From the human T2T-CHM13v2.0 reference genome, Homo sapiens, in assembly GCF_009914755.1 (NCBI RefSeq), contig NC_060933.1: a stretch of 64,000 nucleotides of DNA, one strand, 5' to 3'. This document shows positions 1-13,850 of the stretch, one piece after another. Within the stretch, counting starts at the first letter, position 1, and each line of letters starts with the position of its first letter. The notes under the pieces were generated by a model that searched no databases, had not been told where the DNA came from, and saw nothing but the letters and a program-made list of their open reading frames with translations. The position numbers and the translations under genes are program-made.

Positions 1-654
1 AACCAAATGGTTCAGTTAAAGTAAATCCTCAGTTGCTCGTAAACTTGCCAGATATAGCAAATAAAAAGATCTGGTAATGCTACTCCATAAAGGGCTTCTG
101 CTCTAATCATCTGAATTATCACTTCTGCTCCACGTGCTTTCCTGTGCAAAGCCCTCAAGTGTGAAAAACAGGCAGAATTCAGTGGTTCTGGTGTCTATCT
201 CCCTCACCAGCCCTGGGGATGGCGTTAACCTAGCTTACACCTGGCATCTCACCTGTAGTACCCTAAGTAGCCCGGGGTTAAACGAGGGCACTTTCAACAC
301 GGCTTAGGGTTTTAGTTTAAACCTGAAACATCAGGATCTATTTAGACCTCTCTTAGAGGCATCCATCCCTTTCAAGAAGCCTCAGAACACACTTGGCATC
401 CCCTGGGTCCCCTGCCCTACTCTGAATTGCCCCAGGGTCCTTCCCCCATTGAACCAGATTTAAGAGGATAAGGTGATTCTTCCCTCATTCCAGCCTTGGT
501 GTTTGTATCCAGTTCCAAGAAATTCAGTTAGTTAATACAGAGCTATGACAACCTAAGGTAAAAATTTGCGGACTTCGGTAAATTTACTTGGTGACAGGTG
601 ATGAAGAAGAAAGGGCAGGGAGCAAGCAGTTAGAAAACCTGAGTTTGGAGATGA

Positions 655-720
655 TGTGCTGTGAGATCTTGAGTAAGTCATTACACCTCTGTGGGCCTCC
701 ATTTCCCAATCTGTTTGTTA
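655..720 (+). mobile_element. MIR SINE fragment
   Basis: GCTGTGAGATCTTGAGTAAGTCATTACACCTCTGTGGGCCTCCATTTCCCAATCTGT resembles the MIR core. Confidence 0.7.
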
Positions 721-1096
721 CCCATAAGCCACATGGCATGATATTAAAGTAGGGTCACAATAGCAGTAGAAAGCAATAGTTCTCTGGCTCTAGCCCACTG
801 CCAACTCTTCTCCCTGACCTAATCTTGGGAGTCTCCAAAAAGCATCTCATGTGGATTCAAAATCAGTCCTCTCCATGGCCACATGCGATATATGGGTTTC
901 CTCTTCTTTAGCTCTGAATACTTTCAGAGATCTCTATGGCTAAGCTATCTATCCACTAAGCCCCTGGTGCTGCTGTAACTAGCATTAAAGTTGCTCCACA
1001 GGGCCAAAGCCACCAGGCCAGGCCAGGTCACCAATACTCTGGGTGGCAGTTCTGGGTCAGGGACCTGGATCCCTTAGGATCATTGCTACAGTTTCT

Positions 1097-1315
1097 GGTG
1101 CCAGACCCTGAGGGCACTGATACATGTGTCGGGGTGTTGATATCAGCCCTATCTCTTGGCATCCTCACATGAGCCCTGAAACTGAATATATAGTTTCCGT
1201 TTTATGGAAAAGGAAAGTAAGACTCAGGAAGATAAAACAACAAAACCAAGACTGCAAAACCAGTAAGCGACAGAACTAGGGTTTAGACCCAGATCCACCT
1301 AACTCCAAACCTTGC
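1097..1315 (-). mobile_element. MIR SINE
   Basis: Reverse MIR core (..TTTTATGGAAAAGGAAAGTAAGACTCAG..GGGTTTAGACCCAGAT). Confidence 0.65.
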
Positions 1316-1564
1316 CATTCCTCAAAACTATCACTTATGGGAAACGTGCGATGTTCACTGCTCCAGAGCTCATGTCCCAAGTCCTATACAATTTGTATAT
1401 TCCTTTAGTTGGCAAGTTTTTATGATAGTAGAGAGATGTTCATACTAATTACACTACAGATCTGCTAAAAAGATCTATGAAAAGAGGTCTACAAAGTTAT
1501 CTGTCAATTCTACATGAATACTCATATATTCTGATAAGGAAGACACTAACTCACTAAATTCCAA

Positions 1565-2190
1565 GAGAAAAATAGATCAAGTAAATGGACAATTTCCAGA
1601 GGACAGAATATAAATGACTAATAAATATTTAAAAATCTAATATTACTAGTAAATGTTTTTAAATGCACTAAAATGAGATACTACTTTTAACCTATCAAAT
1701 TAGGAAAAGAAAATACTCAGAGTTGGTAGTGTCATTGGCTTCTAGTGCACAAACAAATTGGTACAACTTTTCCCGAAAGTAATTTGGCAACACATAGAAT
1801 CATTAAAAGTGCAAATCATTTAACCCCAAAACTCTCATTCTGGGACACAGTCCTGAGGAAATAATCAGAAGCTCAGAAAAATACTTTATCTACAAAGACC
1901 TTCACCAAAGTGTTAATTATTGTAACAAAGCTGGAAATAACATAAATGTCTAACAATCAGAAAATAGTTAATTAAATACAGCCATATGATTAGATAGTAT
2001 GCAGCTATTAAAGTGATATGGTCAAAAAATTAATGACATAGGAAATGTTCATTTGAAAATAAAGATACAAAATCGTACGGACAGTATTTTCATACTTTTG
2101 ATTTAAACGAATGAAGGCAATATTTTGCAATGATTCTGAACATTTCTATGTACTCTACAATGATGTATATTTCCTTTATAATCAAAAAAA
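1565..2190 (+). mobile_element. Old L1 (L1ME/L1MC-like) 3' fragment
   Basis: AAATTGGTACAACTTT..GTAATTTGGCAA..TAAATGTCTAACAAT..TATGCAGCTATTAAA match the L1M ORF2 end and 3'UTR. Confidence 0.7.
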
Positions 2191-2399
2191 TATATCTAAC
2201 AAACAAAAAGCTTCAGGCTCCTTCCGGTCATTTTTTCTGACATGCTGAGTTGGACAAGGGCCTCAAGCATCACTGAAGTAAAAGAACATGGAGGATCCCT
2301 TTGGGCCAATATCTGACTCATTCTACCATATCACAAGGCCAGACAAAAGCTGATTAATGTTCATAATAATGATCACAATAGTAGCATAATAGTAGAGGT

Positions 2400-2630
2400 G
2401 GTAGCAACCAGTTTTGTTTACTCAGTACCAGGCTCCACTATCCATCTTTCAGATATGTTGTATCATTTAATCCTCACAAAACTCTATGAGGCAACTATTA
2501 CCCCCATTTGAAAGATGAAGAAACTGGGGTTCAAAGAGATGAAAATATTTGCCCCAAACCACACAGCTTATGTGACCAAGCAGGAGCTAGGACCCAGATC
2601 TGATTTCCCAGGATGGTTTGCTCTTTCTCT
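2400..2630 (-). mobile_element. MIR SINE
   Basis: TCATTTAATCCTCACAAAACTCTATGAGG..CCCCATTTGAAAGATGAAGAAACTGGGG. Confidence 0.8.
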
Positions 2631-2657
2631 AATGTCTAACTGGTAAGATTGGCAAGG

Positions 2658-2658
<1 letters not shown>

Positions 2659-2690
<32 letters not shown>

Positions 2691-2699
2691 TGTGTGTGT
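2659..2699. repeat. (TG)n microsatellite
   Basis: About 20 TG units with one interruption. Confidence 0.95.
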
Positions 2700-2879
2700 T
2701 TAGTTTTGAAATGCAAAAACTGTATTTGTCCATAGCATGTCTTCTTTTCACAGGAGTCAGGACACCTGATTCTAATCCTATCGCTTCTCCTGACTAGACA
2801 AGTTTCCTTGAACAAGGCATATCCCATTGAGATTTTGCTACTGCTATGTGTTGGCAGTGTTGGACTAGATGAGTTTCCT

Positions 2880-3130
2880 TTAAGCTTAGCTTGTTAAAAC
2901 ACAGCTTTCAGGTCTTTCTGTAGACCTACTGAATGAGACTTTCTGGTAACAAAATTATACGTATATATAGAGAGATAGATGGATTTCTATTATATATGTG
3001 TGTACACACACACACACACACACATACACACACACACACACACACAATTTTTTAAACAAGCTCCCTGGATTATTCTTATTCAGGATGAGAATTCAGCTCA
3101 GGACTGGTATTTGGGAGTCACCATACTAGA
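2880..3130. mobile_element. MER5-like hAT-Charlie MITE containing (CA)n at 3004-3046
   Basis: CTTGTTAAAACACAG..AGACCTACTGAATGAGAC..TTTAAACAAGCTCCCTGGATTATTCT. Confidence 0.55.
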
Positions 3131-3404
3131 CAACCTATGAGGTACTGTTCATATCTACTAGTCAATGACTGTATAGGGCCCCAAACTTGAAGTCAAGATG
3201 TGGCTACCATTGAATTTCAAATAGGTCTGGAAGAATCTAAAGGGCATGTGACTTGTTCACAGGCATTGTTCTGCATGAAGTTTGGGGACAGACCCAGGGA
3301 GAAAAAGGAACTGGGGGAAAATAGTGTAAGTACTGGAGATTGGTTCCTGTAGCCAGCCCCATGGGAGAAGGAGCTGCAAGTAGAAAGTAGAGGAACCAAA
3401 AATA

Positions 3405-3570
3405 TAGCCTCATATTGTATCACCTAAGGAGCCTGGAAAAAGCACTGTTGCTTGGGTCCCAGCTCCAGAGATCCTTATTTAATTGGTTTGGGGTATGTGC
3501 CTGAGTCTTGGGATTTTTTTTAAAGCTCCCCAAGTGATTCCATTTTGAAGCTAAGATTGAGATTCTGCAT
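3405..3570. mobile_element. MER5A-like hAT-Charlie MITE
   Basis: ATCACCT..GGAGC..TTTAATTGGTTTGGGGT..TTTTAAAGCTCCCCAAGTGATTC. Confidence 0.75.
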
Positions 3571-4138
3571 TAACACACAAGGACACAAAGCCTTCAAAAT
3601 GAGACGGCTTTATGTGTTACAGGCTTACCCTTAAAACTATGTTGAAAAGCGGCATTTCAAGGACCCTCCTGGTGAGTTCATGAAGCAAAATAATCATGTT
3701 CAAAACAATTGAGACTGTCCATACAACACTACCTCGATATGTTTGGGAGGATAAACTCAACACCTCAGTCATGATTTAGTGGCTTGGCTTATATATTTGG
3801 TGGCATAGATAGAATTCTGTCCCCAGGTGTGTAAGTCACATGAAGCCAGTCCTCAATGACTGGATTTGTCTTCTTCACTGAAGTGAATTGATCTGTTGTT
3901 TTGTCACTATGTAGCTAAAGCCAGTGGGAGGGTGCCCGTTATTTGGAGAAAATGTTTCATTTTGAAGTACCAAAGACAGCCGATGAATTGTGTTCATGAA
4001 ATACATGCTTCACTCTACTTTTTAATTTGCTCCTGTTTAAGTTAACTGAGAGTTTCGTCTTTATTTTTAAAGAATGACATTTATATAGACGTTCAAACTG
4101 CCAATCTGTTACATAAACAGCCTTGTTTTTTGAAGGGC

Positions 4139-4157
4139 TGGCGCCGCCTAGAGGCCA
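4139..4157 (-). promoter_or_regulatory. CTCF-like motif
   Basis: Reverse complement TGGCCTCTAGGCGGCGCCA closely matches the CTCF core; CpGs retained. Confidence 0.6.
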
Positions 4158-4425
4158 AATAGGTGCAGAGGTTTGGATTGCTAACCGGAAAGAACCTCTC
4201 CAACCTGTTGCTTCTGGTCCTTCTGTGATCCGTCTCTGTTGTGTGTATTTAGGGTCAGGTAAAGCTAATCAGACTTTTCATTGAGCAAAGTTTCCCAAGC
4301 AAGGGTGGAGATGCCACAGTGACATTTCAAAGCCAGACAGCAATGCAATGATGGGATTTGGGAAGTTTGGTACAAAAGAAGCTTCTCACTGGGATCAAAA
4401 CGTGCCCAGAGAACCAGAAACTGTA

Positions 4426-5073
4426 GGGGGAGGGAAGGGGGAGGGGAGGGGAGGGGGAGGGGGGAGGGGGAGGGGAGGGCGGGGGAGGGGGAGGCGGAGG
4501 GGAGGGGAGGGGGAGGGGAGGCGGAGGGGGGATTGGAGGGGGAGGGGAGGCGGAGGAGGGGGAGGGGAGGGGAGGCGGAGGGGAGGGGGAGGGGGAGGGG
4601 GAGGGTGGGGGAGGGGAGGGGGAGGGGGAGGGGGAGGGTGGGGGAGGGGAGGGGTAGGGGTAGGGGAGGGGACGGGGAGGGGGTAGGGGAGGGGACGGGG
4701 AGGGGGTAGGGGAGGGGTGGGGGAGGGGAGGGGGAGGGGAGGGGAGGGGTGGGGGAGGGGGAGGGGAGGGGAGGGGTGGGGGGAGGGGAGGGGGAGGGGA
4801 GGCGGAGGGGAGGCAGAGGGGGGATTGGAGGGGGAGGGGAGGCGGAGGGGAGGCAGAGGGGGATTGGAGGGGGAGGGGAGGCAGAGGAGGGGGAGGGGGA
4901 GGGTGGGGGAGGGGATGGGGAGGGGGTAGGGGAGGGGACGGGGAGGGGACGGGGAGGGGACGGGGAGGGGGGTAGGGGAGGGGTGGGGGAGGGGAGGGGG
5001 AGGGGAGGGGGAGGGGTGGGGGAGGGGAGGGGGAGGGGAGGGGGAGGGAAAGGAAAGGAAAGGAAAAGAAAAG
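4426..5073. repeat. G-rich polypurine tandem repeat (GGGGA/GGGGAG)n, about 650 bp
   Basis: Directly visible; source of the Pro-rich and Gly/Arg-rich ORFs. Confidence 0.97.
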
Positions 5074-5852
5074 AGACAGAAAGGTAAAGCAAGTTTTTGG
5101 TGGGTAGTTTCCTAGAGTGAACTTAAGAGCAAACATTCTCTCATTTGGTATTGACCAAGACACAAAGACTAGGGAGAAGTCAACATTTAATACCAGCTGA
5201 CAAGCGGCTTTGCTTCTTGCTCATCAGTGAATTCACCATGTCCTCATGGCTTGGCTTAGCATGAGGTTGATATTCCCCTAGAATCTCTGGATCTATTCCC
5301 TTTTTCTACAGCCTTCTCCATACTTTTAATATTTTCTTTCTTACATGGCCAACTTTTAATTACCACAGGGGAACAGAGTTAGTATGTATTTTTTAAATCT
5401 CTGAATAATCCAAAACGTCTGTACCCAGATAGAAGTTTAGGAATTACAAATCAAATGAGAAAAAAAAAAAAAAAGTATGTCATTTTCCTTTATTTGCCAT
5501 GACTGATGTCATCTGACTTTTGAGCTGAATAGAAGGGAGGGGGTGGGGGAAAACTTCAACTTCCCAATTAAAAGGCAACTCAATTCCAGGATGAAACATT
5601 CTTTTATTTTGTCTTACCCAGTGTCTTTGGGGCAAATTCCTCATCTTTCAGGATGCATCCTCCATCCCTGTTCTCCTTGCCCGGATGGTTCCTGGGTCTA
5701 GGGGTAAGCTTCTGTGTATTTGTGGTGGCAGGACAGCAGGAATGAGGGAGTGAGGGTGATGGTCCATGTGCTCATCTCCACATCCACGCTATTAACCACC
5801 ATGGACACTTGAACCTGGAGACCGTTGTCGGAACCAGATCCCACCTGATTCT

Positions 5853-6144
5853 TGTTTTTGTTTAATTTTTTTGGAGACAGAGTCTCGCTCTGTCACCCAT
5901 CACCCAGGCTGGAGTTCAGTGGCACTATCTCAACTCACTGAACCTCCGCCTCCTGGGTTCAAGCAATTGTCCCTGCCTCAGCCACCCAAGTAGCTAGGAT
6001 TATAGGTGTGGGTGACCACTCCTGGCTAATTTTTGTATTATTAGTATAGATGGGGTTTCGCCATGTTGGCCAGGCTGGTCTCAAACACCTGCCTCGGCCT
6101 CCCAAAGTGCTGGGATTATAGGTGTGAGCCACCGTGCCTGGCCT
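5853..6144 (-). mobile_element. Alu (S/J type)
   Basis: Alu dimer in reverse; CACCTGAT flanks on both sides. Confidence 0.95.
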
Positions 6145-6549
6145 CACCTGATATTTTAGCAACTCTGCAAACACCCACAACTGGCATCTGACATCCTTGA
6201 ATAGCCTCTGGACTGCAAGTCTTTCTTCCCTCTAATCCAAATGATCTGTTATCTCTTCTGGTCCAATGGTATGCTTAGAACTTATGTGTTTCCTTTTTGG
6301 GGACAGACTTTCCTAGTTGCATTATCTGATCCACAGGCTTGTGCAATACTCTCTAGGACAAAACAAGACTGCTCTCTATCCATCTACTTCCACTTCTTCT
6401 TCAGCCATTTCCAACCTATCTGGCATCACTGGAGCTTAAAGCTCTCCTGGCTTGCACTCACACGAGTGAAAGATAAGCTCTATTACCCTGGGATTACACA
6501 CTTGTAGTTATCAGGCAACATCTGACCCTGTTCAAATCAACTCTCCTTC

Positions 6550-7030
6550 TTCTCCAGGCTGATGTGCACACAGCTCATTGTGTGCTGGAGAAAAACTCAC
6601 CATTGTGAAGACTTGTCTCATTTCACATTCAAGGTCACTGATCTCCAGTAGATCCTTAATGCTGCCCTATATCATTTTTTCTCCCACTCTCCTCCATGAC
6701 TTATTTCCCTCATTCTCTTCTGTCCTCAGACCCCTAGCACTTCCTCACCTATACTCACTTCCATCCAATGCATCCAATCCAAGCTCATCCCATTTATTGA
6801 TAATTTGAAAACCAATAGAAAAAGACCACAGTCTTACAACCAGTGCCTCTGGCCAGCTCTGATAACTGTGCCCAGGTACTCTGCCTTCCCTCCTATGAAC
6901 AAGCAATCAGTTCTAAGGAAAATTCCTCCACTTCAGCATTAGATCCCATGGCCAACAAATGGGATCTCCGCTTTTTTTTCTGTCATCACCTTTTTCCCAC
7001 GTTACTGATTAAATCTCATAACAGTTAAGC
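6550..7030 (+). mobile_element. L2 LINE fragment (5' part of the L2 split by an L1)
   Basis: GCTGGAGAAAAACTCAC..TCATTTCACATTCAAGGTCACTGATCTC, L2-like. Confidence 0.6.
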
Positions 7031-7037
7031 ATACTAC

Positions 7038-8160
7038 ATGCTTGTTGACCACGTATATGTCTTCTTTTGAGAAGTATCTGTTCATGTCCTTTGCCCATCT
7101 TTTAATGGGGATGTATGTTTTTGCTTGTTAATTTGCTTAAGTTCCTTGTGGATTCTGGATATTAGACCTTTGTTGGATGCATAGTTTGCAAATATTTTCT
7201 CCCATTCTGTAGTTTGTCTGTTTAATCTGTGGGTAGTTTCTTTTGCTGTGCAGAGGCTCTTTAGTTTAATTAGGTCCCATTTGTCAATTTTTATTATTGC
7301 TTTTGGCACTTTTGTCATGAAATCTTTTGTCAAGGCCTATGTCCAGAATGGCATTTCCTAGGTTATCTTTCAGGGTTTTTATAGTTTTGGGTTTTACATT
7401 TAGGTCTTTAACCCATCTTGAGTTAATTTTTGTGTATGATGAAAGGAAGGGATCCAGGTTCAATCTTCTGCACGCGGCTAGCCAGTTATCCCAGCACCAT
7501 TTATGGCCTGGTGCTTTCATCGCTTTCCCCATTGCCTGTTCTTGTTGATTTTGTCAAAGATTGGGTGATTGTAGGTGTGTGGCTTTATTTCTGGGTTCTC
7601 TATTCTGTTCCATTGGTCTATGTGTCTGTGTACCACTACCATGCTATTTGGGTTACTGCGGTCTTGTAGTATAAAGTTGGGTAACGTGATCTCTCCAGTG
7701 CTTAGAATTCTAACTTTTTGCTTAGAATTGCTGTGGCTATTTCAGCTGTTTTTTTGGTTCCATATGAATACTATAATAGTTCTTTTCTAATTCTGTGAAG
7801 AATGTCATTGGTGGTTTAATAGGAATAGCATTAAATCTGTAAATTGCTTTGGGCAGTATGGCCATTTTAACAATATTGATTCTTCCAATCCATGAGCATG
7901 GCATGTTTTTGCATTTGTTTGTGTCATCTCTGATTTCAGCAGTGTTTTGTAATTCTCACTGTAGAGATCTTTTACCTCCCTGATTAGCTGTATTCATAGG
8001 TATTTTATTTTTTGTGTGTGGCTATTGTGAATGGGATTGTGTTCTTGATTTGGCTCTCAGCTTGGGCATTTTTGATTATAGAAATGCTACTGATTTTTGT
8101 ACACTGGTTTTGTATCCTCAAACTTTGCTGAAGTTGTTTATCAGATCTAGGAGCTTTTGG
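7038..8160 (-). mobile_element. L1PA15/16-like LINE-1, inverted 5' segment (ORF2 remnant)
   Basis: Translations [38 protein letters not shown] and [30 protein letters not shown] are L1 ORF2p. Confidence 0.93.
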
Positions 8161-8162
8161 GA

Positions 8163-9250
<1,088 letters not shown>

Positions 9251-9289
9251 TTATAATAATAAACACACAGAATTCCATTTCCTACCTTG

Positions 9290-10680
9290 ACATACCTCCT
9301 CTTCCATCCCTTTCCATCTACCAGCCCACTTCTCTGGTCCCCTTTACAGCAAGTCTCCCGATAAAATTCATATTCACCATTTTTATTTGCCCCAGGGTTT
9401 CCTCTCTTCCCTCCCACCCCCACTACCATTTCATTGAAACAGCTCTCTTCAAGGCCACTAATGACCTCCATATTGGTAAAGCCAGCAGTCAATTCTCAGT
9501 CCTCATCCTATTTCACCTGCATTTGGCATTTGGCAATTCATCAGCAGCATTTGGCAAAGTTGTGTTTTCTCCTTGAAATATTCTCTACTTGGCCTCCTGG
9601 AAATCCTGGTTTTCTTCTGACTTCGTTATCACGTCTTCTCTGCCTCCTCCTCTCACCTCTAAGTGTAAAGTAACCCAGAGCTCAGTCTTTAGGCCTGTTT
9701 TCTTCTCTTTCACACTCGCTCACTCCCTGGGTGTTCTCATCCAGTCTTCTGGCTTTAAATATCATCTATGCTAATAACTCCCAAATTTCATTTTCAGTCT
9801 AAACTTTCCAGTGAATTTTAGAATTAAATATCTAACTGTCTAGTTCACTGTTTCACTTGGATGACCAAGAGGCATCCCAGAAACATGACATATCCACAGC
9901 TGAATTTTCTCCTCCTAAAATAGGTCCCTTACCACCATCTTCCCCACTGCAGGAAGTAGCACTTCTATCCTTTCATTTCCTAAGGCCAAAATTCCTTGTC
10001 TGCTCTCTTCCTTTCAGATTGCCAAGGCTCACCCATCAGCGAATCTTACTGGCTCTACCTTCAAAATATATCCAGATTTCACACTTCTCACCATCTTCAC
10101 CACTGCACTCCATTCCAAGTTGTACTTATCTCTCATGTGAATTATGGCATTAGTTACCTGGCTGGTCTCCAGCTTCCACACCTTATGTCCCTCTTCAGTC
10201 TATTGTTAGTACAACCACGAAAATGATTCCTTTAAACTTAAATCAGATCACTCCTCTATTCAAGTCTCCGCAAGTTTCCCCCTCAGAGTAAAAGCCTGAG
10301 TGCTTACAAGATCCTACACAATCTGACTCATCCTTTCCTGCCACTGGGCCCCTGCGTTACCTCTGTGACCTCGTTTCCTACCTTTGCCCTTCCTTCATTC
10401 TGCTCTTCTCAGAACACACTTAGCCAGTTTTCTCACCTACGTCAGGCATTTTTGCTCAAATGCCACCTTCTCAGTCAGGCCTTCTATAATGACCCCACTT
10501 AATCCCTCCTCCCTATCCTATCTACTTTATTTTGTTTATTTTCTTCATAGCATTTTCTTTTTTATGACAATTGACATATATTTTCCATATCTGTTTATGG
10601 TCTGGCTCTCCCATTAGAATGCAAGTTCATGAGGTCATTTTTACTAGAATGGTAGGTGCTCAATAAGTATTTTTAAATGT
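9290..10680 (+). mobile_element. L2 LINE 3' portion
   Basis: TGAAACAGCTCTCTTCAAGG..CAAAATATATCCAGA..GGTAGGTGCTCAATAAGTATT (L2 3' end). Confidence 0.85.
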
Positions 10681-10929
10681 ATCATAATTTAGAATACTTA
10701 TCAAACCCCCAACTGGGATTTTGGCCTGCAGAGGAAGAAACAGGTTCCACGTATCTTACCAGTTGCTCTTGTTCCTCTTTCCCCCATCCTTAAAAACTTT
10801 AAATGTAGCAGATTGGATACAGAAATGTATCTTCTTTTCCCTCCAAACTCATTTTCCAGAGTAGAATGTTAATAGGTAACATTTAAAATTTAAAAGCCAA
10901 AGTTACATGGAATTTTGAAATATGTAGGT

Positions 10930-11430
10930 AACCACAAGAAGATAAAGCAAAAAGAGCTGAAAGTGATTGCGTCTGGGGAGTGAGAATTTGGGGAAGTGGG
11001 GAGTAAGGCAGGGAATGACACGTCTTTTTTTCTTGTTGTTTTAAGCATCAGAGCACAATTTGACTGCAAAAGAATATTGCTTTGATAAAAATGAAATTAA
11101 ATTCAAAAAGAATATTCAATATTCAAAAAGAACAAATAAAATACAGTTAGAGTGGGAGATTCTAATACACTTTTTTCAAATCAGTGAGATCTAGGAGACA
11201 AAAAATAAATACAGACACAGAAGAACTAAAATTATGATCAATTCACTTGTTTTAATAGCTAAAGAATTTGACATCCATTGAAAGAAAGACATATTACAAA
11301 AATCGATTATGTACTTGCCTGTAAAGGAAACCTCAAGAAAATATGAAAACTAGAGGTTTTACAGACCTCATTCTCTAATAGGAATCCAGTAAGATTAGAA
11401 ATAAATGATACATAAAGGGAGCTTTGTAAA
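10930..11430 (+). mobile_element. Old L1M fragments
   Basis: AGTGATTGCGTCTGGGGAG; GTGGGAGATTCTAATACAC..ACAGAAGAACT (endonuclease region). Confidence 0.5.
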
Positions 11431-11857
11431 TTTAGAAATTCCTTTCTCTCTTGATGCAGCCTAGCTTTCAACAGCACTTTCTCCCTGGGGATACAATACA
11501 TACAAAGCTTCATTTGACAGTCAAAGCAGAGCGATGACTTTGGTGTTCTAGCCAGTGACTGCCCTGCCCCTGAAGCATTAAAACTCATTGATTAAAAGGA
11601 TGAAGAGCCATATGGCATCTTGATTTAGGAAGAATAAAAAATACATTAAATAATTTCTAAAGTATTATATCCATTATTCATAAGTGTGGCCATTACTTTA
11701 CATCCAGAGCCACAAAATGTCAATCAACTGATAGAAAAAGAGCAGAATTGCCAGTCTCAGTTGCACCTTTATGCCCATCCTTGGTCAGCTTCTCTAGTAG
11801 GACTAACAAGCAGTGGCAACAAGATTTAATAATGGATGGAATTTCAGGCAATAGCTG

Positions 11858-12282
11858 TGTCTTAGTCCATTTTGTGTTGCTATAAAGAAATATCTAAGGC
11901 TAGGTAATTTATAAGGAAAAGAGGTTTATTTGACTCACGGTTCTGCAGGCTATACAAGAAGCCTGGTGCTGTCATCTGCTTGGCTTCAGGTGAGGGCCTC
12001 AGGCCACTTCCACTCATGGCAGAAGGTAAAGAGAAGCAGGCCTGTGCAGAGATCACATGACAAGAAAGAGACAGAGGAAGTGTCAGACTCTTCTTAACAC
12101 CCAGCTCTCATGGGAACTAATAGAGCAAGAACTCACTCACTACCCCTCCTCGGGGAGGGCATTAATCTACTCATGAGGGATCTGCCCTCATGACCTAAAC
12201 ACCTCTCATTAGGCTCCACCTCCAACATATGGGATCACATTTCAACATGAAGTTTAGGAGGACAAACATCCAAACTATATCA
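11858..12282 (-). mobile_element. MSTB-like MaLR solo LTR
   Basis: TGTCTTAGTCCATTTTGTGTTGCTATAAAG..CAAACATCCAAACTATATCA; 5-bp TSD AGCTG/ACCTG. Confidence 0.9.
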
Positions 12283-12329
12283 ACCTGAAAAAATCTTTAA
12301 AGTATCTGGATCAGGGCTACTCTCAGTGG

Positions 12330-12472
12330 TATGACTGTTAAAATGCAGATTCCTGCACCCACTCCAGATCAAGTGAATCAGAAGACCTGGAAGTGGAGCT
12401 CAGGAATCTACATTTTCTGATGAGCTTTAAGTGAAGTTTTATATGTGTGCTGAAGTTTGAGAATTATTGACT
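12330..12472. mobile_element. MER5-like MITE
   Basis: TGTTAAAATGCAGATTCCTG..GAATCAGAA..AAGTTTGAGAA. Confidence 0.75.
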
Positions 12473-12879
12473 CACATAACTCACTAATAATAGTCATCTT
12501 TCAAATAATCCAGAGTGAACTAAAATCAGGGAAAGTAATAAACCTCACATGGTAGCTTTTTGTTTGTTTGTTTTTGGTTTGGTTTTTTTGAGGTTTTTTT
12601 TTGGTGGGGGTTGGGGGAGTCCATCGCTTTACAATTTAATTCAGATGAAAATCTTAAGAATAACTACCTGACAGGCTTGAACACAACTATTTTACTGGGT
12701 AATTTTTTTAGCCTTTTGACTGTGGCTCATTAGCCATTCTAGTAAAGGGAACAATAGAGTGGAGTTTTAGCCACACATTTAGGATATGTGTATTCTTACC
12801 TCATTTGTTCATTGCCCAGGAGTACCCTCATTAAAAATCCCTTCCCAAATTAGACAGGATATGCCAAAAACCAATTTAA

Positions 12880-13850
12880 AATGTTCATAAAACTTTTAAC
12901 TTATGATTCAACTTCTAGAAATACATTATCAAATTTCTAAAATGCACAGAGATCTTTGAATAAGTATGTTAATTACAGCATAACTTATAACAGCAAAAAT
13001 CAGAATCAGCCTAAGTATCTGTGTTAGAATTAGGTTTGTCTGCATGTAAGAGAACATTTAAATAAAGCTGAAATATATTTCTTTCTTACCTGAAAGAAAT
13101 TCAGAAATAGGCCATCCATGCTAATATGGTGTCTTCACAATATCATCGAGGACCAAGGTTTCTTTCCTGCCAGTTCAGCACCCTCGGGAAACAGCTTTCT
13201 GAGGTTATCTCACGATCCAAGTGCCTGTTGGAACTCCAGCCATCACCTCCACATCCCATGCAGTGGGAAGCTGATAGGAGGCAAAAGCAAAAGAATGCTG
13301 CTCTCAAATGAGTCAGCCCCCTTTAAGAAGTTTTTCTTCAAATTGATAATAACTATTCTACTTATATCTCATTGGCCAGAACTCGGTCAATGGCCACACC
13401 TACTCCAAGGAGGCTGGGAGATGTGACCTTTAATTGGACATAATATAGTCCCATTTAAATATGGGTTATCTTATTATGAAAGAAGGTGGGAACGAAATTT
13501 GAGGACTCAACTACCTGACTTTCTCCCAGTGACTCACAATATGGTATTGTTAAACAAATATGGTAAATATGCGGTCATTAAAAGTTATGTTTTAGAGGAA
13601 TCTTATTCAAAAAGGAAAATGCTCCTAAGTGAAAAAAAAACAGATTAAAAAGATATAAGCTCAATATGATTCCAACTTTTATTCAACATAAATGTGCATA
13701 GAAAATACGGAAATTATAAAATCAAAATTATGTCTATTGGCTTTGTAGAGTAAAATTATGGATGGTGCTTTCTTCTTCTTTATAGTTTTTCATTTTTTCC
13801 ATAGGAAACATATATTACATTTGTACTCAGCAAACATCCAGTAAACATTA
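12880..13850 (+). mobile_element. Old L1ME 3' fragment split by an MLT1 LTR
   Basis: L1M-like sequence on both sides of 13020-13525. Confidence 0.5.
13020..13525 (-). mobile_element. MLT1 (J/K-like) MaLR LTR
   Basis: TATATCTCATTGGCCAGAAC..TGGCCACACCTACTCCAAGGAGGCTGGGAGATGTG. Confidence 0.75.

Noticed and set aside
4426-5073. SVA hexamer head or CRISPR-like array
   Set aside because: The unit is GGGGA(G), not AGAGGG; no SVA body; no repeat-spacer structure, and the DNA is eukaryotic
4265-5163. 275-278 aa Pro-rich ORFs and Gly/Arg-rich ORFs
   Set aside because: Stop-free translations of the (GGGGA)n tract; no splice or domain evidence
13173-13195. REST/NRSE motif (TTCAGCACC..)
   Set aside because: Only the left half matches; lies in an MLT1 LTR
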